64,000 bases of DNA from contig NC_087438.1 of assembly GCF_036321535.1 (NCBI RefSeq), positions 7,876,001 to 7,940,000 on the forward strand, given 5' to 3'. Below the pieces are notes generated by a model. That model had not been told where the DNA came from and made no database searches. It worked only from the letters and a program-made list of their open reading frames with translations. Shown here piece by piece: positions 1-13,123 of the stretch (within the stretch, counting starts at the first letter, position 1; the number at the start of each line of letters is the position of its first letter). A program made the position numbers and the translations under genes. This DNA is from Camelus dromedarius. Taxonomy: Eukaryota.

Positions 1-1098
1 TTCCTCATACCCTTTCATGATCCTCACCCCACTTCTATCACTTGCTTATTAACCCCCGCATCCAGTCCTCCGACACTCTGATCACAGAACATCATGCTAC
101 TGGGGAAGAAGAGGTAGAGCCTGGGCAGCCGGCCCTCAGGAAGGCAAGCCGCGGGAAGGATGGGTTAGCCGTGCGAGCTGACGAAGTCAAGACCAGCTCT
201 GATGAGGGTCAGGAGAAACCAGACAGCCGCCCCCGGCCCCCTGTATCTGTACTGAGAAGCAGAGGCTGTCAGCAGGCTGCCCTCGACGGTCCCACATCTC
301 CACCCAGGGCGGAATGTGCTCTGTGGCTAAATATGCACGACTGCTTGACGGCTTGTGATTCATTTCCTTGCTTGACAAACAGACAAGAACTTTCTAGCAT
401 GGGAAGGAAACAGAGGACTAAGCGACAGTAATACTAATGCACTGTAGCCACAGAAAAGACATAAATTTGGAAGCCAGCACTAAGACAGCTTCCTCCGCCA
501 GTTCCTTCTCCAGCCCTAGTCCATAGAGAGTTCAGAGACAGACCAGGCGACGTTCTTATCTCAAGTACATGAAAGGAATTTCAGGCAAGAGACTGCAGCT
601 GAAGGGAGTGGAGATTCTTGGGGAGCCAGGGAAAAGGATGCTCACAGGGGGAGAACACACCAGGAATACTGCCACACCCATCTGTTAGCAGGTCCTGGTT
701 TGTGTGATATAATGTTGGTGAATATTGGCATTGCTTTGTAAAGATAGCAAGTGTTTTATGCTCCGAAAGTCAGCCTGGAGGAACAGAAAAGCTTTGGTGT
801 CAAATTTCAACTTGGATATGATCTGCCCTGCCTTGGGTAACACATTCAAACCTTCGGTTTCTCCACCTGCAAAGTGGGCTTGTGTTTTGAGAGGATTAGA
901 TGAGGCAAAGTCTGTGAAGTACCTGGAGCCAGAGGGGACCCAATGCTTAGCCCCCAACTCTCCCTTGATCATTCCCAGTAACTTCCAAGACTTTCATTAC
1001 AATTGCATGATGGCTGCAGTCCACAGTCAGCAGCCATCAGTTAAAGTGAGTTTCCTGTGGGCCAGGCCCTAGTGCCAAGCTATTGATGTATATGACGG

Positions 1099-1394
1099 CA
1101 GGGCCCACACAAAGGCAAAGTGAGTGAGGTCTTCATTCAGTGCAAAATTTAAGCGGATATCAAAAAAAATTCACTAATCATCAGAAATATTACATATTTT
1201 TAAATTGTGGTAAAATAGAAATAATAAAATTTATCATTGTAACCAGTTTGGGGGGTACAGTTCAGAAGCATTAAGTGCCTTCACACTGTCTACTAGACAC
1301 TATTTTAATGCAAAATTTTTTCATCAAAATTAATGAAAACAATCCATGATGAAAGAAATATCACAACTTTAAATGAAGATGGGGTCCAATCCTG
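1099..1394 (+). mobile_element. MER96-like hAT MITE interrupted by a short minus-strand L1 3' end (about 1197-1289)
   Basis: CAGGG...CCTG ends; internal gtgagtgagg..gtgcaaaatttaag and aaaattaatg..aatccatgatgaa..ttaaat segments resemble MER96. The insert ttttaaattgtggtaaaata...gtacagttcag..gcattaagt is a reversed L1MB-type tail. Confidence 0.6.
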
Positions 1395-1458
1395 CACAGC
1401 TCAGTCTTACCCTCCCCTGCCTCATCTTAGCCCTGATCGGCACCACCACCACCACGGC

Positions 1459-1570
1459 CATTTACAGACGGAGAGACTGAGGCTCAGAGAGGCTGCTTCG
1501 GTTGCCCAAGATCACACAGCTAGTGGGTTTCCAGTGAGATCTGGACTCGAATGCCAGCTCCTCTCGGTTT
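1459..1570 (-). mobile_element. MIR SINE fragment
   Basis: catttacagacggagagactgaggctcagagagg...gcccaagatcacacagctagt is the MIR core. Confidence 0.8.
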
Positions 1571-1849
1571 GGACCCTAAACTTAGAATGACATCCCATAA
1601 GAACATCACACCTATCTCAAAGGCTGTGCATCTGAAGCTTCCAGCGCATAGCCTGGACACAGTCGGGGCTCAGCAAACAGAGCCAGGGCCATTGCAGTTC
1701 CACGGGTCCCTCTGCCAGCTCTGCAATCCCCTCCCCTCTGCCTCACCTCTGCCCCTAGTCCATCCTCCTCCTGTGGGCACAGCTGAATCTCAGCTGCACA
1801 GGGAACACTGTGTCTCTAACCACTTTCTGCTTCCAGGGCTCCCCGTGGG

Positions 1850-2207
1850 CTGTACAAACAAATATGAGCCCACCATGAAAAGGAATGAAGCACTCATGCG
1901 CGGTGCCACATGGATGACCCTTGAAAACATCACGCTAAGGGAAAGAAACCAGACACAAAAGGCCATATGTATTGTGATTCCATTTAAATAAAATACCCAG
2001 AATAGGTAAATCCATAAAGGCAGAACACAGGCTGGTGACTTCCAGGGCCTGCAGGAGAGAGAATGGGGAGTCGCTGTGTAACAATGGGTCCAGAGTTTCT
2101 TTGGGGCATCATGAATGTATTTTGGCACTAGATAGAGGTGATTGCACTACATTGTGAAATGCCACTGAATTGTTCACTTCTAAAAGGTTAATTTTATGCT
2201 AAATGAA
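1850..2207 (+). mobile_element. Old L1 (L1MB-like) 3' end
   Basis: aaaaggaatgaagcact..acatggatgacccttgaaaacat..ctaag..gaaagaaaccagacacaaaaggcc..gaataggtaaatccata..gccactgaattgttcactt. Confidence 0.85.
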
Positions 2208-5200
2208 AGAAAAATAAGGGTAGGGAAGGAAATGCTGGGGAGGTGGTGGGGGGACTTCATGCTAGAGTCAAAACTGAAGGGGCCCCTTGGGAAAAGAGAT
2301 GCATTTTTGCTGCTGGTCTGATCGACCCACAGGCCAGGCTAATCTGGTCTTTGTGGCTCATCGTGCTTCTTGGCCTTTGGCTTCACGTAGATTAAAGCCT
2401 TTGGAGTGTAAGAAATTTCTAAAGAAAGAAGAGGAAGCTTACAGGCCCTGAGAGGTGACAGGTGAGGGCTGCGTCTCTCTAACAGCCTTCCTGTCTCAGT
2501 GGCCACTTGGGTGCTCTGGGCCCACAGCTTTGCCTTTCTGCGAGATCGTCCCCTGCCGGCCTCCGGGCGAGGATGCTCAGACACGTGTCTTCTGAAGGCC
2601 TCTGTCTCAGCTAGCAGGGGGTCCTGGCTGGGCACTTGAGGGGACACAGGAGGATAATCATCTCAATCATCTCCCCTCAGACAGGAATGAGCCCTGGAAA
2701 ATCATAATACACCCCAGCATCAGTTCTTTGTGAGTCTATTACTATGGGTTCTGGCAGAGGACACTTGGCTCCACCTGATTTGGGAAGCACTGGCCTCTTA
2801 ATCTGTTTCCGTTCCTTGTCAGTGACAAGGGTCAAGGACAAATGACATTAATCACATTTGCTAGTTGGGCTGACGGTGCTGCCTGCAGAGGAGAAATAGG
2901 TCAAGTTCCTCTGTGTTCTAGGAAGGAACTTATCAGGACAGCCTGCAAGCCCGCTAAGGAGTAATAGCCCTTCCGGTCCCGTGCAGATTCCAAGGAAAGG
3001 CCCGAAACCAGTTTCCTCCAAAAATGCGAGGGAGGACTCACTCCATGCAACAGACCACAGACTTTACAAGGACATAGAGCTTTTCCTTCTTTGAGTTAAT
3101 TGTTTCTGGCAGTACGCCTCACTGGCTCCAACCACTTGACCCAAACTTGTGCAAAACAGAGAGCTCTCAGCAGTAAGCACCGACTGTGATGACGACGCTT
3201 CCGTTTGGCAGTGCCTTCGTCTGTTTATATAAATTAGCCTGCAATTACCAATTACACTGCTGGTCCAAAAAAGGTCAGGCCACACGTAAGCCCAGGAAGA
3301 ACAATGGTCTGGACACGGAAGTCCAGACAGGGCTATTATGGAGAGTTATGGGGGATGATTAATTAGCTGGCATCTTCCTGGGTATTGCCATTCTCACACA
3401 AAATCCTTGTGCTAACACAGCTACTTTCTGGTAATAAGTTACCTTAAAAGAAATGTAATTAGTTTTTGGGATTCATTAGTCCCAGTCTTTGTGTCCACAG
3501 TGCAGCATCTCCTTGCTAGCTGAGTGCCTGTTATTGGGGAGTAATGGTGTATTCGTACCTCTTTGAGATAATAACGAAGGACGTAGAATTAATCTGAAGT
3601 CCTGGCATGTTTGTCCTTTTACTAAGCAGACTGAAAAACTAAAAATGAATTTATGATGCAGACAGAAAAGCAGTGTCCTGAAAATCTAGTGTGGAAGGTT
3701 GCCAACTCGTTGGCATGCTACTCCTAACTATTGCTTCTTTTGCTTAATCCTTTTGGAGGCAAGAAAATGTAGACCAGGGGTGAAATCTGGACAGGGCTGC
3801 CCTCTCTGCAATTTCCTCAGCTGAAGGAAAATATTTTAGTTGGCAATTCTGGAAGCATCTGCCAGCTCAGAACAAGAACTTTCTGAGAAGAGCTACAGAA
3901 TAATGATTTTTACTTTCAGCAGCTTCCCCAGTTCTCTGTGTCCAGAATACGCCACCTTCTATGAGATGATGAAGGACCTGTCACAGAGAGGCAACCTGGA
4001 GCCCCAGGATGCAGGGACCCAAGTGGTGGGTCCCTATATTCACCCCCACTGCAGCTCTGCTTTCTATGATCCCGAAGCCACCAAGGCTCTCTGAGTTCAG
4101 AGACCCCATTTCTCACCCCTCCCTATCACAGCTCCAGAGGGTGATGGAGAGGAGCTCAGGGAACTGGACCTCTCGCCCAGCCTCACAACTCCCCTTGCCA
4201 CTGCCTCACACTAGCTGGGTGCAGCAGGGTTGTACATCTACTCTTCACTCTGAATCCACAAGACAGTGGACAGGAGGCATGATCTCTGCATTAGTGCCTT
4301 TGGAAATGCATGGCTCTCATTAGTTATGTCTCTCTTTCCTCCAAGAGCAATCATAACTGAAAGTTGGAGATCTTCATAAATGTCACTGAACATGGGCTAC
4401 CCTGCACAAAGGCTGTGATGTTCTTCTATGAGTTGTACTCATCTCCTTGATTATTTTGTCCCAAATTTGGTAAATGCTGGCTTTATTTTAAAAGAAATAT
4501 CACTTTGAAAAGGGAAAGAAAAAATGGTATGAAAATAGATGTTAAAATATTCGAGAGGTTTAGTGTGTAGGCAATAAGTTAAACTGTTTGGCAAGCTCTT
4601 TCTTCTTCAATTTATGGTTAATAGACTTGTTTCTCTGCTTTTCCTCCAGGGAAGCTACTTCTGATGCAATGCAATATAATTTGGGAGGCAGAGGAGGAAA
4701 AATTATATTTTTAATATCAAGAAGTTATGAAAGATTTTTAAGAAAGAACCAGCTCTTACAATTTGCTTTTTATTTATTGGGGGCTAACATTTTATAACCC
4801 AGTGGTTTATAGGGGAAGATATTAAACATTATTGTCTACCAATTGGGAATTAACTCATGGAAGATTTGAATATTCATATTCTAATAGGAAGAATGGCTAC
4901 TCACACTGAAAAGATAAAATTTAATATCTGCTTGTCTTTTTAAAAGAAGCCCATATTTGCAACCAAATTATAGGATAAATAATTAAACACAAGTTTTAGC
5001 TAGATCCTGCAAATTTTCATAATTAAGTAGATCATATTTTGCAGAAATAAGTGATGGAAACTTTAAGAAGTAATAACATGATGGGGTATTTTATATTAAT
5101 CATTTATATTTAAGGTGAAATCATTATACTCTCACGTTTTCTAGCTTAGGGAAATAAAATAATGTTTGGGGAGAAATGATCTCTATTACTGTTTCATGGA

Positions 5201-5829
5201 ACATAAATGCCAGGAAGAACTTTGTGAAATTATACTTAGTCCTCTTGGGGGGCATAGAAAGGTCTTCTGAAAGAATTGAAAAATAAATTTTTTTCCAGAC
5301 ATTTCCTAACAGAAAGGAAAAGAGAAATGCAAAATCCTAAAGACATGGAAAGCTTCCAGGCTATAAGATGTCACAACAAACCAATGAAAGGTAAAAAGCC
5401 TTTTTATGTAAAGAAATAACGTATCAGTAAGAGGAAGGAAAAAATGAAAATACTGGAAAAAAATGGCTTTCTGAGGCATTATTTAGGAAAAACACACTTC
5501 ATTTTGTCCAGTTTTGGGGTAGCCTAAGTGGACTTAAATGTACCAGTCCATTTAATGACATTTTCCATTGCTTTGATGGCCAACTCCACAGACTGTGTGT
5601 AGTGTTTGTTCTTCATTATAGCCCTCAGGGGTACCAGGGGGCCCAGCACATAGTAAGGACTCCAAAGAACAGATGTTTACAGAATGAAACTTTCAGTCAA
5701 TATAACTAACTCCTCTCATTTGGATTCCCTACCACCAAGTGACTTTCTAATTGAACTGTGGCTTTTTAGTGGCTAACCTGTAGAGAACTAAAGCGTTGGT
5801 ATAAGATTAGACTTAGGGGGTATCCATGA

Positions 5830-6270
5830 AAATGCTCCCGCTCAAATCTCTGACAGCAGGAGAATCATTGATCGACATCAATTGTCAGCTGCTGTGCCCT
5901 GAAATCTGTCCCTGTGTTTGCCTTCCTGCAGAGGCCTCCCCTCCCACAGAGGCTCCCAGCCAGCGACTGAGCTCAGCAGCAGTGAGAAGGCAAGATGTTC
6001 CAGGGAAATGTGGGGTTCCTCTGATGGATGACTTGGCTCAAGAACTCTCCAGCGGTCTCACTGAACTTCTTTAGAGTCTAAGACATGTTCAACCAACCAA
6101 CCTTCCTTCCTTCCTTCCACTTGAGGGCAGACCTACTTCATGGTTTCATGACTCCCAGCTCTTCTGGTTCCCTCCCATTTTTCCTCTTAGGTGTTGCTCC
6201 TAATGAATTATTGTGCATGGATTCTAATTCCATCTTGTTGAATGCTTCTCAAGGATTCCTCAGTGTAAAT
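5830..6270 (+). mobile_element. ERVL solo LTR, LTR16-like
   Basis: ggctcccagccagcgactgagc..cttggctcaagaactctcc..ctgaacttctttaga and 3' end ctcctaatgaatta..tgca..ctaattccatcttg..tgcttctcaagga. Confidence 0.6.
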
Positions 6271-6349
6271 AAACACTTGTATTCTTAAGCAGCTTCTCAT
6301 CTCTGGCTTATAGAATCTGGTGAAGTTGGAGGAACCCAGCTGTGGCATC

Positions 6350-6550
6350 CTGCCACCTGGGACTCCCTCCTCTTACTAGTTGTATCACTTGGGGCAAGTT
6401 ACTCTTGCTTTTATGAGTAGCAGCTTCTCGCTCTGTAAAAAGGGATGGGGACTCCCACCCTACTAGGTGATTGGGACAATGCATTAAACGGCATGACCAT
6501 GAAAGAAGCACAGCATCGCGAGGGGCTTTCAGTAGGTGCTGAAACAAGAG
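6350..6550 (+). mobile_element. MIR SINE
   Basis: cttactagttgtatcacttggggcaagttact..cagcttctcgctctgtaaaaaggg..agtaggtgct. Confidence 0.7.
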
Positions 6551-7377
6551 CTACCTTCCTCCTGATGGGCTTGTAGCCCTAAGGTCAAGTCTCTTACCAG
6601 TAAGGCCCAGGGCCAGGCCCTAGAGCCTAAGGGATTCAAAGGTGAGCCTTACTTGTGGATGCCTCCTTTGAGGAGGCCTTATTTGGAGATTCCAACTTGG
6701 GGCCAGCTAGCAAATATCTGGACCATGCTTAATTTTTTCCCCCCAACATTTCATCAAGGACATCTAGGCCAAACCTCTCCTTTACAGCCATGGAACTTGA
6801 GGCCAAGATAATGTAGCCTAGTTCCCCTCAGGAGAACGGACAACAGGATGTATCAGTGTTAAGGCTCAGATGCAGACCTTCTGATTCCAAATCAAAGACC
6901 ATCTCACAGATACTAAATAATTAGTATTTAAGATGAACAGGTACAGAGATTTTCTAAGAACCCTCTTTGATTGTTAAATCAAGTTATCGACTGCATGAAA
7001 GTACAAGAATTTGATACAGTTAACTATGTAAACCCTAATTCAAGAACAGATTCATTAATTGGGTTTTATAATTCTTATGTTGCTATAATAAAAAAATTTT
7101 TGAAGTTCCATTGGTGACTACCTTTCCTCGGAGGTAAGAAAAGGTCAGCGTGTGGCATATTTTTATGATTACTTCCACTTCAAAACTGAGGCAAAAAGCT
7201 AACATTAGCTATTTTGGTGGGGGTGGGGCTAGGGAATAAGTGTGATTTTGGTTTTATTGTACAATAAATCAAAATATGATTCATACTGGTCAACATAACC
7301 TTGCTAGAAGAATGTTTTAATTTATTAAAAATTATTTTCCAAAGTGAGAACAGACCGTGAAAGCTAACTATGATCGT

Positions 7378-7757
7378 ACTATTATGGGCTGAATTATGTC
7401 CCTCCCAAACTCCTCTATTAGGTCCTGACCCCCAGTGCCTCAGAACGTCACTGTGCTTAGAAATAGTCTTTAAAGAGTAATTAAGATAAAATGAGGTCTT
7501 TAGCATGAGCCCTCATCTAACATGACTGGTGTCTTTAAAGGAGAGGAGATTAGGACTCGGATGCACAGAGAGGAGACCAAATGGGGAAATGGCGAGAACA
7601 TGGCCATCTGCAGGTCAAGGACAGAGGCCTCTGAGAACCAGCACTGCTGACATCTTGACCTCAGACTTCCACCTTCCAGAACTGTTAGACAGTAAGCGTC
7701 TGTTTTAGCCATCCAGTCTGTGGTGTTTTGTTACAACAGCCTAAGTAAACGAATCAT
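7378..7757 (+). mobile_element. MaLR solo LTR (MLT1A/MLT1B-like)
   Basis: tatgggctgaattatgtccctccc..cctcagaacgtcactgtg..taagataaaatgaggtc..gacttccaccttccagaactgt..tttgttacaacagcc. Confidence 0.9.
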
Positions 7758-8917
7758 ATAAATCACTATCTCCTTCTGATTCGGCACGAGAAAGTGAGCT
7801 AGAAGCTTGGGATGCACTTAGGGAGGCTGGAGCCCTCGTCACCAATGGAGCTGCTGGTGGGCAGCCCAACCATTCTCTCTGATGGGGCTCTGAGACCCCC
7901 TACTCCTTCTGCCCCCCCTGGATTCTGTTCCCTTCCTTCAAAGAGGACCATCACTGCTGAGTCATACTCAAGAAAACCATTCACTTTTCATCCATAATAA
8001 ATACACTGACCAGGACTGGAGAATGGTTCAGGTGGGGAGCATCCCCTGCTTTGGGAGCAGGTGTGGGAAGATGGCGCGTGAGCGGGGTGAGTGGTGTCGT
8101 GTCTGTTCACAGCATCCACCTAGACTAGACTAGACTAGGTCCTTCCCTTTTTGGTACCTGGGTAAGAGTACTCAACTCAGCTGCAACACAAGCCTGGGAT
8201 AAATCGAAAGCTCATTAAATAAGTCTTAAAATATTTTTCAAAACATATCCTGTTTATTAGATGCATAATATTGGCACCCAACTGAACCTAACATAAAAAT
8301 AGTAACTCCTCTTCTTTCCTGTGTCCAGTGCAAGAGTAAACCAGATAAAACAGATATCCTAGGAGCCCTCTGGCCAGACTGTGATTATCACTAGTACTCC
8401 TTTTTGATGGGGTTTTCTCAAGGTCACTCCAGAATTAGTGGCACCACGGGACCAAGCGCTCATCCATTAAATGGGTTAAAATGACTAATTGAGGGTCTGA
8501 GTTTAATTATGCTCATAAGCAAAGGCACACAGCAGCTCCTTGGACAGCCTTAACAATATTCTCACGTACACAAAATAGATGGATAAAATTAGGGTTGTAC
8601 ATTGTTGTCCTTCAGGACAAGATGCTGAAGAGGGAACAGAATAATAAAAATAAATAAATGACTCCGCAGCACCACGAAATGAGCAGTGGATGTTACCAAA
8701 GCCAGCCTTACGCAAATACTTCAGTCGGAAATCAAATCCAACGTACTCATGACTAAATGAAACACAGCCATGCAGTGAGGCCAACTGGAGTTGTACTGAG
8801 CTGGCAGATTAAAAAGCAAAAAAGGGTACCTACCCATCAAGGTTTTATCTACAGTTCACATTGAAATGCTGATAATGGCCACAAAGGGATCTTGAGGACA
8901 TTGATTTGTGATACTTT

Positions 8918-9034
8918 TTTTTTGGGGGGGGCAGTTAGATTCATTTATTTATTTTACTGGAGGTACTGGGGATTGAACCCAGGACCTCGTGCATGCCAAG
9001 CACGTGCTCTGCCACTGATCTACACCCTTCCCTC
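8918..9034 (-). mobile_element. tRNA-Ala-derived SINE (camelid Vic-1-like) with target-site duplication
   Basis: Reverse complement gggtgtagatcagtggcagagcacgtgcttggcatgcacgaggtcctgggttcaatccccagtacctcca + AT-rich tail + A run. TSD ttgatttgtgatacttt (8901-8917) / ttgatctgtgatacttt (9035-9051), one mismatch. Confidence 0.92.
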
Positions 9035-9614
9035 TTGATCTGTGATACTTTAAATGGGAAAACACAGTCATGTCTCCCATGAAATCCAGAAAGCATTCAT
9101 TCTGTACACAGTGGTGGGGGCCAACTCCTTTCAGTGAGACTTAAATCATGTCATGTGCTCTGCTCGAGACCCTAGGATGACTTCTGGCTGTCCATGGTAT
9201 CCAGCAAATTCATATCCCACAAATCCTCACAACTTTCAGAAGCGAGTTCAGAGTCAGGAGGGAAGGGAGGTCAGCTCATAAACGGGCAGAAAACACGAGC
9301 GTGGAATCCAACGTGGGGAGATGTTTATTTGACAGCCACCCAGTCAGAGTGGTTGGATTTGAACTTCCTTGGCTAGGCAGCCTCACCTGGGCTGGCAGTC
9401 ACTCTCGCTCCAGGGGACGGGCTGCCTTGCACCTACGGAGGGGCCCGGCCTCATGCTTAGAGAAAAACGGCTTTCTGTCTGGGTCTTCTGTTCGGTGTGT
9501 GGCCACTGTGTGGGGACAGGCTGCTTCTCTGAGTTATTTAGCCCTTTCTTCTCCCTGGGCTGTGTCCCCTGGTGGCTCCTCCGTTTGGCAGGGCTCTCTG
9601 GGCTCCTGACTACG

Positions 9615-10047
9615 GTGGCTGTCCCAGGTTCCCAGGGAGGCCAGAAAACAACATGATACTATTCTTTCATAGCTCTGGAGGTCAGGAGCCCCAAATCAAA
9701 GTGTCAGCAGGGCCATGTTCCCTCTGCAGGCTCTGGGGAGGAACCCCCCTCTGCCTCTCCCTAACTTCCGGTGGATGCCGGCAGCCCTAGTCACTCCTGG
9801 GCTCACGGCGGCATCACTCCAGCCTCCGCCTGTCTTCACAGGACCTTCCTCCCCGTGTGTCTCTCTGTGTACCTCCTCTTCTCATAAAGATGCACACATT
9901 AGATTCAGGGGCTACCCTAATTCAGTGTGACCTCATCGCAACTTAACTAATTACACCTGTGAAGACCCTGTTTCCAAACAGGGTCACATTCTGAGGTTCC
10001 TGGTTGACACAGACTTTGGAGGGGGGGCCCTTATTCAGCCTCCTGCA
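9615..10047 (-). mobile_element. MaLR solo LTR (MLT1C-like)
   Basis: ctctggaggtcaggag..aatcaaagtgtcagcagggccatg..tgacctcatc..aacttaactaattacacctgtgaagaccctgtttccaaacagggtcacattctgagg. Confidence 0.88.
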
Positions 10048-10794
10048 GGGCCCTCAGCCACAATGAGCTTGTCCACAGGCTGAGTCCGTCCCACCTTCCC
10101 TAGGGAGCCTCCAGGCTGGGGCTGGTCAACCCACGTTTTGACTGAAGGTGATGATTATTCCAGCCACAGGTTCCAGGAAGGTATCTGATTACACGTGGTG
10201 CAATGAAATGATCGCAGGTACACAACGGGGTCCATTTCAAGGGCTAAATCGCTTCACTGAGGCCAGAGGAAAGTGGTCTCCCTGGAGGGATCCTTCATTG
10301 TAGAGGAGAAATGACCAGCACAATCACTTCATGCATAATTGCATCCTAAGCCGTTCTAACAGTTTCCAATTTTTATTTTAGGCCGTATGTGTAAATTTTT
10401 TAATTAAAAATTAAAGCTTTAATTGAGCTGAATTGGAACAAAAGACAGAATTAGAAAAGGGGGAGAAAGGAGGAGGAAGGTGAACATCAGTGTGTGTTGA
10501 GGGTGGGAGTGGAGGGGGCAGGGGAGGACGGTTGCAGAGACAAAGCCCACCCCTGCTAATCACCCCCACTGGCAACTCCCACCGTCCCCGCCGGCCACGG
10601 CCTCCTGGAGTTCCGCAGTCCAGCTGTCATGGTTCTCATCCGCTCATTCCTCCAACAAAATTTGAGATCTTTTTTTTTTTTTTCATTTCTATTCTCTTTT
10701 CTCAGTGATGGACAGATATTTCAGGAATAGGTCAACTCTTGAAAAATTTCATTTCCTATCCCCAAAATGAATTTTAAATGGAAAAGGACTAAGG

Positions 10795-10961
10795 AACTGA
10801 CTGTACTTCAATTAAAAAAAAAATCTGAACAAGTATATACATATATGAAACTGAATCACTTTGCTGTACACCAGAAACTAACACAACATCATAAATTAAC
10901 TATACTTCAATAAAAAATGAAAATAAAGTTTCTTTCTAGTTGAAAAGAAAGAAAGAAATAG
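10795..10961 (+). mobile_element. 5'-truncated L1 3' end(s), cetartiodactyl type
   Basis: actgaatcactttgctgtacaccagaaactaacacaacat..actatacttcaataaaaa; flanked by aaggactaagg at 10784-10794 and 10962-10972. Confidence 0.8.
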
Positions 10962-12407
10962 AAGGACTAAGGGTATTAACTTTTCATTTTATATTTTACG
11001 TGTGCTTAAGTTTTTGCTACGTCAACAGGACATGCCAACTTCCTATGGAGATTCACCATCCCTTTTCAAAGAAGGTGAAGCCAAGAGGCTCTTCTCTTTA
11101 GCTCATGCCCCGTGAGCTTCAGGCTGGTGGCACAAACACCACCATCGATATTGGTATACTGTATACGGCCAAAGGGAAGGCTCAAGAAACTGGACAGAGT
11201 CTTTTAAGACTGCTGAAATTGTCAGAAGTTTGAACAGTGTGAGTGTTGTAGGTTTTAGCTTACTAAGGCATAGGCCTTTTTTTCCTAACTTAAATTTCTC
11301 TCTAACAAGCTTTTGAATATTTAAGAGCAGTACAATTTGCATTTATAATCATTTTTTCTTTCTGAAAAATAAAAGGTGTACTTTTTCAGAATAGTAATTG
11401 CTTAAATTCTTAATCTCGGCCTCCTTCCCTGAAATGACATAAACAAGTTTGAATTCTGTGAAGAACAAAAATTAAGAATAATGATCTCCGATAATGATCT
11501 GATAATTTACTTTTATCTACTATAAGCTCCTACTGGAGTTATAAGCTACCCTAGGCTAGGAAATACTATCCCAGGAAAAGAGTTTTATTTTCTTTTTCAT
11601 TTCATTTTCCTCATATACTCTTGAAACTGTAGCCATAGAAACAAGCCAAAAATATTAACTCATTGAAAATCATCAGTAAAAGAATGGAGGAATCTAAAGA
11701 CTGGAAAAATAATGTCAACTCAACTATCTAGGACATGTCTTAAAATGTAGTCTTACTCTTTAAAAAACAGCCACTCATCGTTCTGTTTAAATTCAACAGG
11801 GAAGTAGAGAGAAAGGATTCACATGGGGTTACGTGGCTAACTGTCCAGGTCCCCTGCCATCCACACTTTTTGTTTTGGAAAGAGGAGAAGGGAAAGTAAG
11901 AAATAAGAGGGAGGGAGAACACAGCTGGCAATTAAGGGCAAAAGGGATGTTGGCTAAGTAGCTGCTACTCAGCACATGTCGAGAAGCAAATTAAAAGAAC
12001 CAACACAAAGAACATGCTGTGCATTTGCTGGTCGGGTGGTTGTCTGTGTTTTCCTACGTACAGATCTGTCAGTCTCATCTCACACAACGTTGTATTTCCC
12101 CTGCGTGTGGTGCAGTGGGGATGGTCTGGAGCCGGAGTCAGGATGGGGGTGAAAATCCTGGCTTCACGACTTACTACGCATGAGCGATTGAACTTATAAT
12201 AAATACGAGAATAAATGATGTATTTGGAGCAGAACTTCCTTGCCTTGGAAGTCAGGGATTTTACGAATAAAAATACTCACTTTAATCCTACAGAAAAAGT
12301 CATGTCTCTGTTGACAATGTATAAAATAATTTAATAAATATCTACTATGTTGCTGGGTCATAACTTGGAATGATTGAACAAATAAACTGTCCCTCCCACC
12401 CTACATA

Positions 12408-12465
12408 AACACACACACACACACCTCCACACTCACACACACACCCCCACACACCCACACACACA
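12408..12465. repeat. Imperfect (CA)n microsatellite
   Basis: Seen directly. Confidence 0.9.
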
Positions 12466-13079
12466 GCTTCCTTCTTCCATTTCTCTGCAATTCTTGAGAA
12501 AGGAGACTTCGTATTCCAACTCAGTATCAGGAATAACATCACCTGAGGACAGATCCTCAATCCAAAGTAACGCACATCACATGTGAAATGTATTGAATAG
12601 TGACCTCACGCTACCTTGGTACTTGTATTTTTTTTAAACTTCAAAGTATTGTTTGATAATGAATGGTCACAAGAAAAAATAATCTCAAAACAAATTTAGA
12701 ACATGTATAATTATGGCAAGGACTGAATTACATTCAGCTCCTAACAAAGACTGTGGAGAATTTCTATAAGTCGAAGTATGTAAAGGGAAATAATTAAAAA
12801 GAACGTGAATACAACAGGATGGTCCTCAACAATAACACCTTGCTTTTCAAAATGTTTCCCTAATAAAGATCTGAAAAAGGAAGGGAAGTTGAGTAGTAAG
12901 AAATATTTTGTAAATATTTTATTATTTTTTAAAAAATACTAATTTTCTTTGCCTTGACACAGCAGAATATCCAGAAATCACACCAAGGGAACTGAACTGC
13001 TTGCCCGTTTTGACACTGAACCTGGCATATATCTAACGAGTCATAATTCTCTCCAGAGTTTTGTGTTGAATTCCTTAAG

Positions 13080-13123
13080 CACACACACACATAGACACAC
13101 ACACGGCACACACACACACACAC
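13080..13123. repeat. Imperfect (CA)n microsatellite
   Basis: Seen directly. Confidence 0.9.

Noticed and set aside
8955..9028. Possible tRNA-Ala gene (also at 34168-34237)
   Set aside because: Stem and A-box mismatches, SINE tail and flanking TSD show these are tRNA-derived SINE copies.
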